A DNA stretch of 64,000 nucleotides, from contig NW_027590192.1 of assembly GCF_964213995.1 (NCBI RefSeq), forward strand, positions 124,001 through 188,000, in the 5' to 3' direction. The stretch's first letter is position 1; every line of letters starts with the position of its first letter. Below the pieces are notes generated by a model. It was not told the origin of the DNA, ran no database searches, and saw only the letters and a program-made list of their open reading frames with translations. Positions 1 to 11,405 of this stretch are shown here, piece by piece. The translations under genes were made by a program, and so were the position numbers. The DNA comes from Mustelus asterias. Lineage: Eukaryota.

Positions 1-1845
1 AAGAATTAGGGGGCATAAGATGGGAACAGAAACTGTCAGGGAAGGGAACTAATGAAAAGTGGAACTTTTTCAACGAACAAATACTGTGTGTCCTTGATAG
101 GTATGTCCCTGGCAGGAAGGAAATGGCCAAGTGAGGGAACCATGGTTCACAAAAGAGGTGGAATGTCTTGCAAAAAGGAAGAGGGAAGCTTATGTCGGGA
201 TGAGGAAACAAGGTTCAGATGGCTCAATTGAGGGTTACAAGTTCGCAAGGAATGAGCAGAAAAAGGGGCTTAGGAGAGCTAGGAGTGGACATGAGAAGTC
301 CTTGGCGGGTCGGATCAAGGAAAACCCCAAGGCCTTTTACTCTTATGTGAGGAATAAAAGAATGACCAGGGTGAGATTAAGGCCAGTCAAGGACAGTAGT
401 GGGAACTTGTGTATGGAGTCAGTAGAGATAGGAGAGGTGATGAATGAATACTTTTCTTCAGTGTTCACCAAGGAGAGGGGCCATGTTTTTGAGGAAGAGA
501 AGGTGTTACAGGCTAATAGGCTGGAGGAAGTAGATGTTTGGAGGGAGGATGTACTAGCAGTTTTGAATAAACCGAAGGTCGATAAGTCCCCAGGACCTGA
601 TGAAATACATCCTAGGATTCTTTGGGAGGCAAGGGATGAGATTGCAGAGCCTTTGGCTTTGATCTTTGGGTCCTCACTGTCCACGGGGATGGTGCCAGAG
701 GACTGGAGAGTGGCGAATGTTGTTCCTCTGTTTAAGAAAGGGAATAGAAATGACCCTGGTAATTGCAGGCTGGTTAGTCTTACTACGGTGGTTGGTAAGT
801 TGATGGAAAAGGCCCTTAGGGATGGGATTTACGACAATTTAGAAAGATGCGGATTAATCGGGATAGTCAGCATGGATTCGTGAAGGGCAAGTCGTGCCTC
901 ACAAATTTGATTGAATTTTTTGAGGAGGTAACTAAGTGTGTTGATGAAGGTAGGGCAGTTGATGTCATATACATGGATTTTAGTAAGGCGTTTGATAAGG
1001 TCCCCCATGGTCGGCATAGATAGGATGCAAAGCTGGGCTGCAAAATGGCAAATGGAGTTTAACCCTGATAAATGTGAGGTGATTCATTTTGGTAGGACAA
1101 ATTTAAATGTGGATTGCAGGGTCAAAGGTAGGGTTCTGAAGGCTGTGAAGGAACAGAGAGATCTTGGGGTCCATATCCACAGATCTCTGAAGGTTGCCAC
1201 TCAAGTGGATAGAGCTGTGAAGAAGGCCTATAGTGTGTTAGCTTTTATTAACAGGGGGTTGGAGTTTAAGAGCCGTGGGGTTATGCTGCAACTGAACAGG
1301 ACCTTGGTGAGACCACATTGAGAATATTGTGTGCAGTTCTGGTCACCTCACTATAAGAAGGATGTGGAAGCGCTGGAAAGAGTGCAAAGGAGATTTACCA
1401 GGATGCTGCCTGGTTTGGAGGGTAGGTCTTGCGAGGAAAGGCTGAGGGAGCTAGGGCTGTTCTCTCTGGAGTGGAGGAGGTTGAGGGGAGACTTAACAGA
1501 GGTTTATAAAATGATGAAGGGGATACATAGAGTGAACGTTCAAAGACTATTTCCTCGGGTGGATGGAGCTATTACAAGGGGGCATAACTATAGGGTTCGT
1601 GGTGGGAGATACAGGACGGATATCAGAGGTAGGTTCTTTACGCAGAGAGTGGTTGGGTTGTGGAATGGACTGCCTGCAGTGATAGTGGAGTCAGACACTT
1701 TAGGAACATTTAAGCGGTTATTGGACAGGCACATGGAGCACACCAGGATGATAGGGAGTGGGATAGCTTGATCTTGAGTTCAGATAAAGCTCAGCACAAC
1801 ATCGTGGGCCGAAGGGCCTGTTCTGTGCTGTACTGTTCTATGTTC
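1..1845 (+). mobile_element. CR1/HER1-type LINE, decayed ORF2 3' part with internal deletion near 1015
   Basis: ORF pieces 131-883, 938-1321 and 1331-1771 carry KSPGPD, WRVANVVPLFKKG, QFWSPH and RLRGDL motifs; tail ...ctgtgctgtactgttctatgttc. The central RT segment (PQGS/FADD) is missing at the junction near 1015. Confidence 0.93.
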
Positions 1846-2799
1846 ATTATAACTTAACCTTTTTTAAGACAACTTACAAGGACTGATTTTAGAGGCAACA
1901 TCTTTGTTGATTTAAAATCCCAAACACGTTACACCCAAACACAGGCAAAATCTTTGTTCTTTATCTGGGGATAAAATTCTCAGTTATTCCAAATTCCTCC
2001 AGGCTATGCTTAATATTTCCGCATTTAACTTATTCCCAGAAATCCTCAATTATAAACTGAAATAGACCATTGAGTTTCCGGGCAGTCACAGGAATATGGT
2101 CAAGATAGTCTAGTCCCACAATGCTTCACTTTCAATCTGCAGTCCTTCAATTATAACAGAATATGTGGCTGTACGTAGCTGCCTTGGCCATGGTCAACCC
2201 CAACCCCAAGGGTGGCTTCCTGAACTGCTGCAATGCCTCAGGTGTACGTCCACCCACAGTGCTGTTAGGAAGGGACTTCCAGCTACATATTCCAGACTTT
2301 CATGAGACTGTAGGTGCATATATGATTGATATATTCCATTCAACCACATCCAAGGTGAGTTATTCCAATTCCTTTATTGTCCAGGACAATATATTCACAA
2401 TATCTTTAAAACAGAAATTAAAGATTCCCATTTGATTTCAGACAGTAACATATTCTGTTGGTTTGTTCTTTATTGTCAATGTCAGGCTGGGGTTGTTCTC
2501 CTTGGAGCAAAGGAGGTTGAGGGGAGATTTGATAGAGGTGGACAAAATTCTGACAGGTTTAGATAAGGTGGACAAAGAAAAGCTGTTCCTATTAGCTGAT
2601 GGGACAAGGACGAGGGGGGACACAGATTTCTTGTTTTGGGTCAGAGATGCAAGGGGGGGGAGTGGGGGGGAGATGTGAGGAAGAATATTCTGATGCAGCG
2701 AATGGTAATGACCTGAAACTCGCTGTCTACGAGGGTGGAGGAAGTGGAGACAATAAACAATTAAAAAGGAAATTGGATGGGCATTTGGGATGTTCCAAA

Positions 2800-3850
2800 C
2801 AGAACGAAGAACAAAGACAATTACAGCACAGAAACAAGCCCTTTGGCCCTCCAAGCCTGTAGCAACCATGCTGCCCGTCTGAACTAAAACCCCCTACCTT
2901 TCCAGGGACCATATATCTCTATTCCTATGCTATTCATATCTTTGTCAAGACACACCTTAAAAGTCATTATCGTATCTGCTTCCACTGCCTTCCCCGGCAA
3001 CGAGTTCCAGGCACTCACCACCCTCTGTGTAAAAAACCTGCCTTGTACATCTCCTTTAAACCTTGCCCCTCGCACCTTAAACCTATGCCCCTCGTAATTG
3101 ACTTTTCCACCCCCTGAAAAAGCTTCTGATTATCCACTCTGTCCATGCCCCTCATAATCTTGTAGACTTCTATCAGGTCGCCCCCCTCAACCTCCGTCGT
3201 TCCAGTGAGAACAAACCAAGTTTCTCCAACCTCTCCTCATAGCTAATGCCCTCCACACCAGGCAACATCCTGATAAACATTTTCCACACCCTCTCCAAAG
3301 CCTCCACATCCATCTGGTCGTGTGGTCACCAGAATTGAACATGAGATTCCAAGTGCGGTCTAACTAAGGTTCTATAAAGCTGCAACATGACTGACCAATT
3401 TTTAAACTCAGTGCCCTGGCCGATGAAGGCAAGCATGCCGTATGCCTTCTTGATTATCTTACAATAACCTGTGTACCTGTACACCTCGATCCCTCTGCCT
3501 ATGAATACTCTGAAGGGTTCTGCCATTTACTGTATATTTCCCATCTGTATTAGACCTTCCAAAATGCATTACCTCACATTTGTCCGGATTAAACTTCATC
3601 TGCCATCTCTCCGCCCAAGTCTCCAACTGATCTATATCCTGCTGTATCCTCTGCCGTTCCCCATCGCTATTCGCAATTCCACCAACCTTTGTGTCGTCCA
3701 CAAACTTACCAATCAAACCAGTTACATTTTCCTCCAAATCATTTATATATATTACAAACAGCAAAAGTCCCAGCACTGATCGCTGAGGAACGTCACTTGT
3801 CACAGCCCTCCATTCAGAAATGTACCTTTGCACTGCCAACCTCTGTTTTC
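2800..3850 (-). mobile_element. 5'-truncated CR1 LINE inserted downstream of Z1
   Basis: Minus-strand ORFs 3459-3839 (VPQRSVLG, FVDDTK), 3326-3526 and 2884-3075 (FFTQRVVSAWNSLP); CR1 tail near 2800. Confidence 0.92.
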
Positions 3851-4090
3851 TTCCGACTAAATATCTCTCAACTTCCTAACACCCTGTCACTCTGTGATCC
3901 TCGTGAAATTTGAAACCAGGTATTCGCAAAAAGACTCAAAGAGCATCAGCCCACTGGAGGCTGAGATCAGCCAGTCCAGCACAAAGAAACCCTCTGACCC
4001 TTCCCATTGACCAACTGTGAGAATGAACAAAATGCAGTCCTGGATGCAGCTGAGAGCAGAAACAATAACAGCAGAATCCAACCCCTGGAA

Positions 4091-4765
4091 TCACTTGTGA
4101 ACTTGCTGGTGTTTCAGCAGCCGGGATGAAACGCTGAAACCCTTCCCACACTGAGAGCAGGTGAACGGCCTCTCCCCAGTGTGAACTCGCTGGTGTGCCT
4201 GCAGCTCAGATGGCTGAGTGAATCCCTTCCCACACTGAGAGCAAGTGAACGGCCTCTCCCCAGTGTGAATTCGCTGGTGTGCCCGCAGGGTGGATAACTG
4301 AGTGAATCCCTTCCCACACTGAGAGCAGGTGTATGGCCTCTCCCCAGTGTGAACTCGCTGGTGTGTCTGCAGGCTGGATAATTGAGTGAATCCCTTCCCA
4401 CACTGAGAGCAGGTGAACGGCCTCTCTCCAGTGTGAACTCGCTGGTGTGTCAGCAGGCTGGATGACCGTGTGAATCCCTTCCCACACTGAGAGCAGGTGA
4501 ACGGCCTCTCCCCAGAGTGAACTTGCTGGTGTGACTGCAGGTGGGATGACTGAGTGAATCCCTTCCCACATTGAGAGCAGGTGAATGGTCTCTCCCCAGT
4601 GTGAACTCGTTGGTGAATCCGTAAGCTGGAGAACTGATGAAATCCCTTCTCACACCGAGAGCAGATGAACAGCTTCTCCCCAGTGTGGCTGCGCCGATGA
4701 GCTTCCAGCTCTGATGGGGCTCTGTATCCCTTCCCACAGTCCGCACATTTCCATGGTTTCTCCAT
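4091..4765 (-). CDS. Z1: C2H2 zinc-finger protein, 8 fingers, 224 aa
   Basis: Uninterrupted CxxC...HxxxH units with TGERP linkers; ATG in caccATGG context at 4765; likely exon acceptor ttttccAG at 5117-5118. Confidence 0.88.
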   Translation of the reverse strand: MEKPWKCADCGKGYRAPSELEAHRRSHTGEKLFICSRCEKGFHQFSSLRIHQRVHTGERPFTCSQCGKGFTQSSHLQSHQQVHSGERPFTCSQCGKGFTRSSSLLTHQRVHTGERPFTCSQCGKGFTQLSSLQTHQRVHTGERPYTCSQCGKGFTQLSTLRAHQRIHTGERPFTCSQCGKGFTQPSELQAHQRVHTGERPFTCSQCGKGFSVSSRLLKHQQVHK

Positions 4766-5252
4766 GGTGCAGGTGTCCTTACCTCTCTCTTGGGTGGACA
4801 ATCAGTTGAAACTTCGTCCACATACACAACAAGATTACAGTCTCTACCCGCTGTGAATGGTGTGATATTTATTCAGGCTGTGTAACTGGTTAAAGCTCTT
4901 TAGTCAGTGCATTGGAACACTCTCACTCAAGTGTGGCAGTGTGTTGATGCATTTTCACTCACACTGACATTTCAAATCTTTTCAAATTTACAGACTGGAC
5001 AATCATTTCTCCTTCTGGATTCAAAGTCCGATGATATTGAAGTCCCAAGGAATATGATTCTGTCGCGTCTAGACGTGACGTTTGAGATTTCAGCCTGTGA
5101 TTCCTCTTTCAATATCCTGGAAAATTCGTTCACAAAAGTCATCAGTGTCAGTACAGGATAGAAATTCAGAACAGACAATTTCTATGGAACATTCTTTCCT
5201 CTCTCATTCCCCAAAAGCTGGAAATCTCCATCCCACACACTCTCTCCCCATT

Positions 5253-5440
5253 CTCAGCAGGTCTGGCAGCATCTGTATGGAGAGAAAAGAACTGATGTTT
5301 CAGAGCTTTGACAAAGGGTTATCTAGACAAGAAACATCAGCTCTTTTCTCTCCTTACAGATGCTGCCAGACCTGCTGAGATTTTCCAGCATTTTCTCTCT
5401 TGGTTTCAGATTCCAGCATCCGCAGTAATTTGCTTTTATA
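5253..5440. mobile_element. Short fold-back repeat (49-bp arms), probably Penelope-derived
   Basis: Arms 5253-5301 and 5331-5379 are reverse complements with 2 mismatches; related sequence at 61700-61795, 60888-60942 and 52020-52088. Confidence 0.7.
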
Positions 5441-6455
5441 AGGCTGCAGATACCTCCTCCCAAGTAACATGCGTGTGCCCAAGACATCACCACTTGTTTC
5501 CCTTATTTCTTTAGCACCCATGGTGCTCTCCGCAGTAAACACAGAGAAGTATTCATTACAAATCTCACCCATCTCCTGTGGCTCCACACACAGATGGCCA
5601 TACTGATTTTTAAGGGGATCTATTCTCTCTCGAGCCACCCTTTTACTCTTAATATAGCAAAAGAACCTCTTGGAATTTTCTTTAATCTTACCTGCCAGAT
5701 CCATATCATACCCTCTTTTTGTCCTCCTGATTTCCCTCTTCAGTATTTTCTTACACTTTTTATAGTCGGAGTGATTCACTTGTCCCCGATTGCCTAAACC
5801 CAATGTATGCTTCCTTCTTTTACCTGACCAGAGCCTCAATGTCCCTTGTCTGCCAGAGATCCCTAAATTTGCCATTCTTTCCCTTCATCTTAACAGGAAT
5901 ATACTGCCCCTGGATTCTTGATATCACACTTTTAAAACCTCCCATTTGCCAGTCATTCCTTTCCTTTCAAACAAACTCACCGAATCGACATCTGCTCGAT
6001 CCTGCCTCATGCCCACAAAAGTGGCCCTGCTCCAGTTTAGGGCCTTGACCTGTGGACCTGTCCTATCTGTTTCCAGAACTATTTTAAAACTATTGGTGCT
6101 CCCAATAGTGCTCCCAATACTGACACTTCAGTCACTTGCTCCACCTCATTTCTTCACTGTCTAATAGAAAGTGAGTCCAGGAATTGATGATGGAAAATGA
6201 GGAGCTGGGAGATGAATTGAACAAGTATTTTGCCTCGGTGTTCACAATAGAGGATACAGTTAAAACTCAGAAACAGCTGGAAATCAGAAAACAGGAGTGT
6301 GGGATGAACTCTGAAAAAGCACAATTCCCAGGGAAGTGGTCCTCAGCAAACTGTTGGAGCTGTGGGCTGGTGAGTCCCCGGGTCCTGCTGGGCTCCATTC
6401 CCGGGTCTGAACAGAGGGAGATAGTTGATGTTGTTCAATTTTCTAAACCGTCTGT
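5440..6455. mobile_element. Old CR1 fragments (minus strand ~5440-6160, plus strand ~6165-6455)
   Basis: ORF 5354-5875 has KIKENSKRFFCYIKSKR and EMGEICNEYFS; the start of ORF 6184 has DELNKYFASVFT. Confidence 0.75.
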
Positions 6456-6464
6456 CGCCATTCC

Positions 6465-6985
6465 CCACACTGCGCATGCTTCAGGTCCCGCCCCTCATTC
6501 ACTCCGATTGGTTGGAGGACCAGCCGCTCCCGCTCGGTCCTCCAGCCCCGCCCCCTCTTCCTATTGGTCCGGAGCCACCGTCAATCAGTCCCCGGGCATT
6601 GTGATGTGGAGCATGCGCAGTGTCATTGCTGTCCTTGGCGCTTGTTTGTCCCGGAGAAGCGGAGTCAGCGTTAGGCGGTGGCTGGGAGGATTTGGAAACA
6701 CTTTGTGGATCCGCAAACCCTTCAGAATCATTGTCAGCTCCCTGGTTTGCAGCTGCGGGGCTTCTCCCTCCCTCCCTCCCGGGAACAGGCCCAGGTTAAC
6801 GGCCCCATCCTGGCTCAGCCACTGGAGGATGGTTCACATCAGAGGATGGGGGAGGGGGACAATAAATAAGAGGTTACACTTTGGCCTCAAATCAATGAGG
6901 ACTCTGATCTCTGGGAAGGAAGGAAACCCTGGGAGGTGGGCGGGGAGGATTCACGAACACCCGCTGGAGGCTCCAACACCCCCAG
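6465..6985. promoter_or_regulatory. CpG-rich promoter cassette copy 1, between divergent Z1 and Z2
   Basis: NRF1-like TGCGCATGC/GCATGCGCA near 6471 and 6611 flank GC boxes (cccgcccc) and ATTGG (CCAAT) boxes; near-identical to 40030-40525 and 52670-53200. Confidence 0.7.
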
Positions 6986-7055
6986 TAAAAAGCTGCAGCT
7001 CCCAGGTTTGCAGCTTTTTCCCGGGAGGGAGTTGGGAAAGTTTTGTGGAGACAAT

Positions 7056-7128
7056 TCCCAGCTGGTTCAGTTAGTGGTTCCTGGAGCTCAGAAACCCTGA
7101 GTTAGAATCCTGAACCCCACACTGGGTG
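7056..7128 (+). pseudogene. Degenerate tRNA-like sequence (gap-free resemblance to vertebrate tRNA-Lys)
   Basis: 73 nt; about 60% identity by eye to recalled tRNA-Lys(CTT); 5 of 7 acceptor-stem pairs; T-loop and anticodon stem decayed. Confidence 0.4.
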
Positions 7129-7244
7129 GTTGTTTTATGAAATACTTTTTATTTATTAATCATTAAAATATTAATTTGTTTTGAAAATTCATTTTATAGC
7201 ATGTGAAAATGCCCATTGAAATAGCAATTCTCCCAAAGTATTTC

Positions 7245-7570
7245 ATAGAATCCCTACAGTGCTGAAGGAGGTTATTCGGCCCATCGAGTCTGCACCAACA
7301 ACAATCCCACCTAAGCCGTCTTCCCATAACCCCACATATGTAACCTGCTAATCCCTCGAACCTACTCATCCCAGGACACTAAGGGGCAATTTAGCATAGC
7401 CAATGCACCTAACTGGCATATCTTTGGACGATGGGAGGAAACCGGAGCATCTGAGAAAACCCACGCAGACATGGGGAGAACGGGCAGACTCCACACGGAC
7501 AGTGACCCAAGTTGGGAATCGAACCCAGGTCCCTGGAGCTGTGAGGCAGCAGTGCTAACCACTGTGCCGC
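7245..7570 (-). mobile_element. HE1-type V-SINE
   Basis: Reverse complement of tRNA head (ggcacagtggttagcactgctgcctcacag), V-domain (tctgcgtgggttttctc) and CR1-derived tail. Confidence 0.92.
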
Positions 7571-8564
7571 TTACATTGCTGATGAGAATTTTCATTTACT
7601 GATTTGGGAATTAATTCTTGGGAATAGTCATTCTGAAAATGACCATTAAAATGGGTTTTAATTTACCCCATAATGCCAGATTTCAGTTTGCATTTCAAAA
7701 TTGAACTGAGAATGTCTGGGAGCAAATGGTAAAATGAGGTTTGAGACACCAGCTGCAATTATTTTCTGTGACTGATGATACCTTTGTGCCTGTGCAGGAG
7801 GTAATTCCCCTGCTGTTGTGGCACAAATAAAATGGAGCTTTTCCAAGGAACAGGCCCATGTTAATGGTCATTGTGGTGTTTCATTGGTGAGCAGAGCATG
7901 AGTGCCCATTGTGGTAACAACAGAGTCAGTGGGGCTGCACGTCCCCTGACTTGGAAGGAAAATAATTGACTCCTTGATTGTACTCTCAATCTGCACATGG
8001 TCTGGAGGACTGAATCCAGCTGGAGGGCGAGGGAGCTGGGCTCAGAGTGGAGATGGGGCAATGAGTTTGATTTCAGCTCAGGGACAAGAGAGAGTGTGTG
8101 GGATGGGGATTACAGCTCAAGATAAATGAGATGGAGAAATGTTTCGTGGAAACTGAAATTGTCTGTTCTGAAGTAGTTTTTTAAAACTCTTTGTGCAGGG
8201 AACTAGAAGAGGAAGATTCACAGACAGGAAACTCAAACTAAACTTCACATCAAAGTCTGACAGCCACTGGATTCATCATGTGATGATTGTGATAAAGCTT
8301 TTGACAGTGGAGGGATAAATCGTTCCCTGTTTTGTCAGTGGAAGAAAATTTCAAAATTCAATGTGACAGAAAAAGAACTGAGACACACCCACACACCCAA
8401 GTGAGAGTGCTCCAGTGAACTGACTGTGGACAGAGCTTTAACCAGTTACATAGCCTGAAAAACATTACACCATTCACAGTGGGGAGAAACCATACACATG
8501 GTCTGTATGTGGATGAGGCTTCAACTAATCATCCATCCTGGGGAGACAGAAGGACAACAGCACC

Positions 8565-8900
8565 ATGGACAAACCGTGGAAATGTGAGGATTGTGATAAA
8601 GGATTCAATTATCCATACTTGCTGGAAAACCATAGACACAGTCACACTGGAGAGAGGCCATTCATCTGTTCTGTGTGTGGGAAAGGATTCACTATCTCAT
8701 CCCACCTGCTGTTACACCAGCAAATTCACACTGAGGAGAGGCCGTTCAGCTGCTCCACCTGTGGAAAGGGGTTCTCATGTTCATCCAACCTCACTGCACA
8801 TCAGCGAGTTCACACTGGGGAGAGATCGTTCACCTGCTCCTTGTGTGGGAAGGATTTTGCTGGGCCATCCAGTCTTTGGTGACAACGGTGAATTCACAAA
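8565..8900 (+). pseudogene. Z2: truncated C2H2 ZNF pseudogene (3 intact fingers plus 1 broken)
   Basis: MDKPWKC start; stops in finger 4 at 8880 and 8889; array ends where a CR1 begins at ~8903. Confidence 0.85.
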
Positions 8901-8902
8901 GG

Positions 8903-9870
8903 ATATATATAATAGATATAAATGATTCGGAGGAAAATGTAACTGGATTGATTTGTACGTTTGCGGACGACACAAAGTTTGGTGGATTTGCGGATCGCGA
9001 TAAGGACCATCAGAGGATACAGCAGGATATAGACCAGTTGGAGACTTGGGTGGAGAGATGGCAGATGGAGTTTAATCTGGACACATGTGAGGTAATGCAT
9101 TTTGGAAGGTCTAATACAGATAGGAAATATATAGTAAATGGCAGAACCCTTAACAATATTGATAGGCAAAGGGATCTGGGTGTACATAGACACAGATCAC
9201 TGAAAGTGGCAATGCAGGTGGAGAAGGTCATCAAGAAGGCATACTGCATGCTTTCCTTCATCGGCTGAGTTTAAAAATTGGCAAGTCATGTTGCAGCTTT
9301 ATAGAACCTTAGTTAGGCCGTACTTGGAATATAGTGTTCAATTCTGGTCGCCACACTACCAGAAGGATGTGGAGGCTTTGGAGAGGGTCCAGAAAAGATT
9401 TACCAGGATGTTGCCTGGTATAGAGGGCATAAGCTATGAGGAGAGGTTGGAGAAACTTGGTTTGTTCTCACTTGAGCGACGGAGGTTGAGGGGAGACCTG
9501 ATCGAAGTCTACAAGATTATGAGAGGCATGGACAGAGTGGATAGTCAGAAGCTTTTTCCTAGGGTGGAAGAGTCAATTACGAGGGGGAATAGGTTTAAGG
9601 TGCGAGGGGTAAAGTTTAAAAGAGATGTACGAGGCAGATGTTTTCCACAGAGAGTGTTGGGTGCCTGGAATTCATTGCCGGGGGAGGTAGTGGAAAGAGA
9701 TACGGTATTGACTTTTAAGGGGTGTCTTGACAAGTACATGAATGAGATGGGAAGAGAAGGATATGGTCCCCAGAAGGGTCGTGGGTTTTAGTTAAGTCAG
9801 GCAGTATGGTCGGTGCAGGCTTGGAGGGCCGAAGGGCCTGTTCCTGTGCTGTAATTTTCTTTGTTCTGAG
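8903..9870 (+). mobile_element. 5'-truncated CR1 LINE
   Basis: FADDTK, QFWSPHYQKD and RLRGDLIEVYK in ORFs 8777-9268 and 9288-9791; CR1 tail. Confidence 0.94.
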
Positions 9871-10409
9871 TACACAGGCCAATTTATCTTTCTAGGGATG
9901 AGTGTGTCTGAGAGGTATGCAACTGGAAAACATTTTCCATTCACCTCCTGCATTGCTGCAGTATAAAGAGATATTGTTCTCACTCTGCCAGCAGGGCTGT
10001 GGGATTAATTGGATAGATCTTAAAGACAGCCCGACTGGGCAGGATGTGCCAAATGGTTTCCATCTGTGATGTATCGTTCCACAAAACAGAATATTCAGCA
10101 CCAGGAGAAAGAAAGTGAAAGAAACCAGTCTCTGTGGGATTTACCCAACCAGTATGAGCACCTTCAGGAGAGCAGAGAGGAGGAATCCAGTGGGAAAAGT
10201 TTTAAAGACACTGGATATTCCCACAGGAGAGCACTGGTTTAAATCAATTTCAGAAATAGAGAATGGCAGCGCACAAATTCCGAGGAATGCATTTTTAAAA
10301 ATTATTTGATCTTAATTGCACAAGATAATTTTCTATTATTGTCTTTGACAATGACGCCGTTAATTCCCAGGTGCCCCTGCGGGTATGAAAGTGTCCTATT
10401 CATTCCACA

Positions 10410-10750
10410 GGAGTCCATTGCGCAGGCGCAATGCTATATCTGGAGCGTGCGCAGTGCCACTTTGCCCGGAGACCTGTGAGTGCGGGAGCGGCTTTTTTCA
10501 ACGGGTGAGTCGGTGGCGCTGCGGGAGAAATGGAGCCGGGAGTCGGGGCAGGGAGGGAGCTATGGCTTCACAAACATCCTCTGTAGGCCGCACGGCCCGA
10601 ATAAGACCCTGCAGGTCCTGGGTTTACAGCTCCAAGGCTTTTATCTCGGGAACAGGCCCCGGTTATCGGCCGCCATCTTGTTTCAGCGGGGAAGGAGAGC
10701 GCATGCGCCGCTGTCGGTGGCGGGTCACAATGGGCGTGGTTTCAGGGGCT
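10410..10750 (+). promoter_or_regulatory. CpG-rich promoter/first-exon module upstream of Z3
   Basis: TGCGCAGGCGCA at ~10419, GCGCATGCGC at ~10699, and YY1-like CCGCCATCTT at ~10670 within the gggaacaggccc..gtta.cggccgccatctt motif shared with other modules. Confidence 0.6.
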
Positions 10751-10782
10751 GGTTCAGAACCTCTGTCTTCAGAGGGACAATA

Positions 10783-11020
10783 GAATCATAGAAACCCTAC
10801 AGCACAGAAAGAGGCCATTCGGCCCATCGAGTCTGCACCGACCACAATCCCACCCAGGCCCTACCCCCATATCCCTACATATTTTACCCGCTAATCCCTC
10901 TAATCTACGCATCCCAGGACACTAAGGGGCAATTTTTTTAGCATAGCCAATCAACCTAACCCACATATCTTTGGACTGTGGGAGGAAACCGGAGCACCCG
11001 GAGGAAAACCCACGCAGAGA
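10783..11020 (-). mobile_element. HE1-type SINE, 3' part
   Basis: CR1-like tail and V-domain on the minus strand, abutting a Tx1-like fragment. Confidence 0.88.
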
Positions 11021-11405
11021 GGGGCGGGTCGGGATGGTGACCTCCTCGTGAACCTGCTCCTGGGCCTGGCGAAGCGCGCCATTTACCGGTCCAGGCAGCG
11101 GGCGATCGAGGGGGCCGTCCATCCTGACTGTCTGCCCCTCTACTGCGGCTACGTTCACGGCCAGGTGTCCCTGGAGAGGGAGCATGCGGTGTCTACAGGC
11201 ACGGTTGACGCCTTCTGCCCCCGTTGGGCACCGCAGGGGTTGGGGTGCGTTATCGACCCGAATAATCACACTATGATTTGATGTTTTTAAGTTTCCTTTG
11301 TACTTTGATTTTTGTTTGGGCTGTTCCCCCTCCTTTTGGGGAGCTGCCCCTTTTACTTTGTCCTGATTTAACTTGAGTTTGTTTATTTGGTTTGACCTTA
11401 AAAGA
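11020..11405 (+). mobile_element. L1/Tx1-type LINE 3' fragment
   Basis: ORF 11048-11281 (LLLGLAKRAIYRSRQR...F..RW) resembles the Tx1 ORF2 C-terminus; T-rich 3'UTR follows. Confidence 0.65.

Noticed and set aside
6184-7074. 296-aa ORF, with related ORFs at 39989-40609, 35797-36300 and 52852-53283, as a novel protein family
   Set aside because: Chimera of a CR1 fragment and the GC-rich cassette. The shared peptide follows from near-identical DNA, and frames and ends differ between copies.
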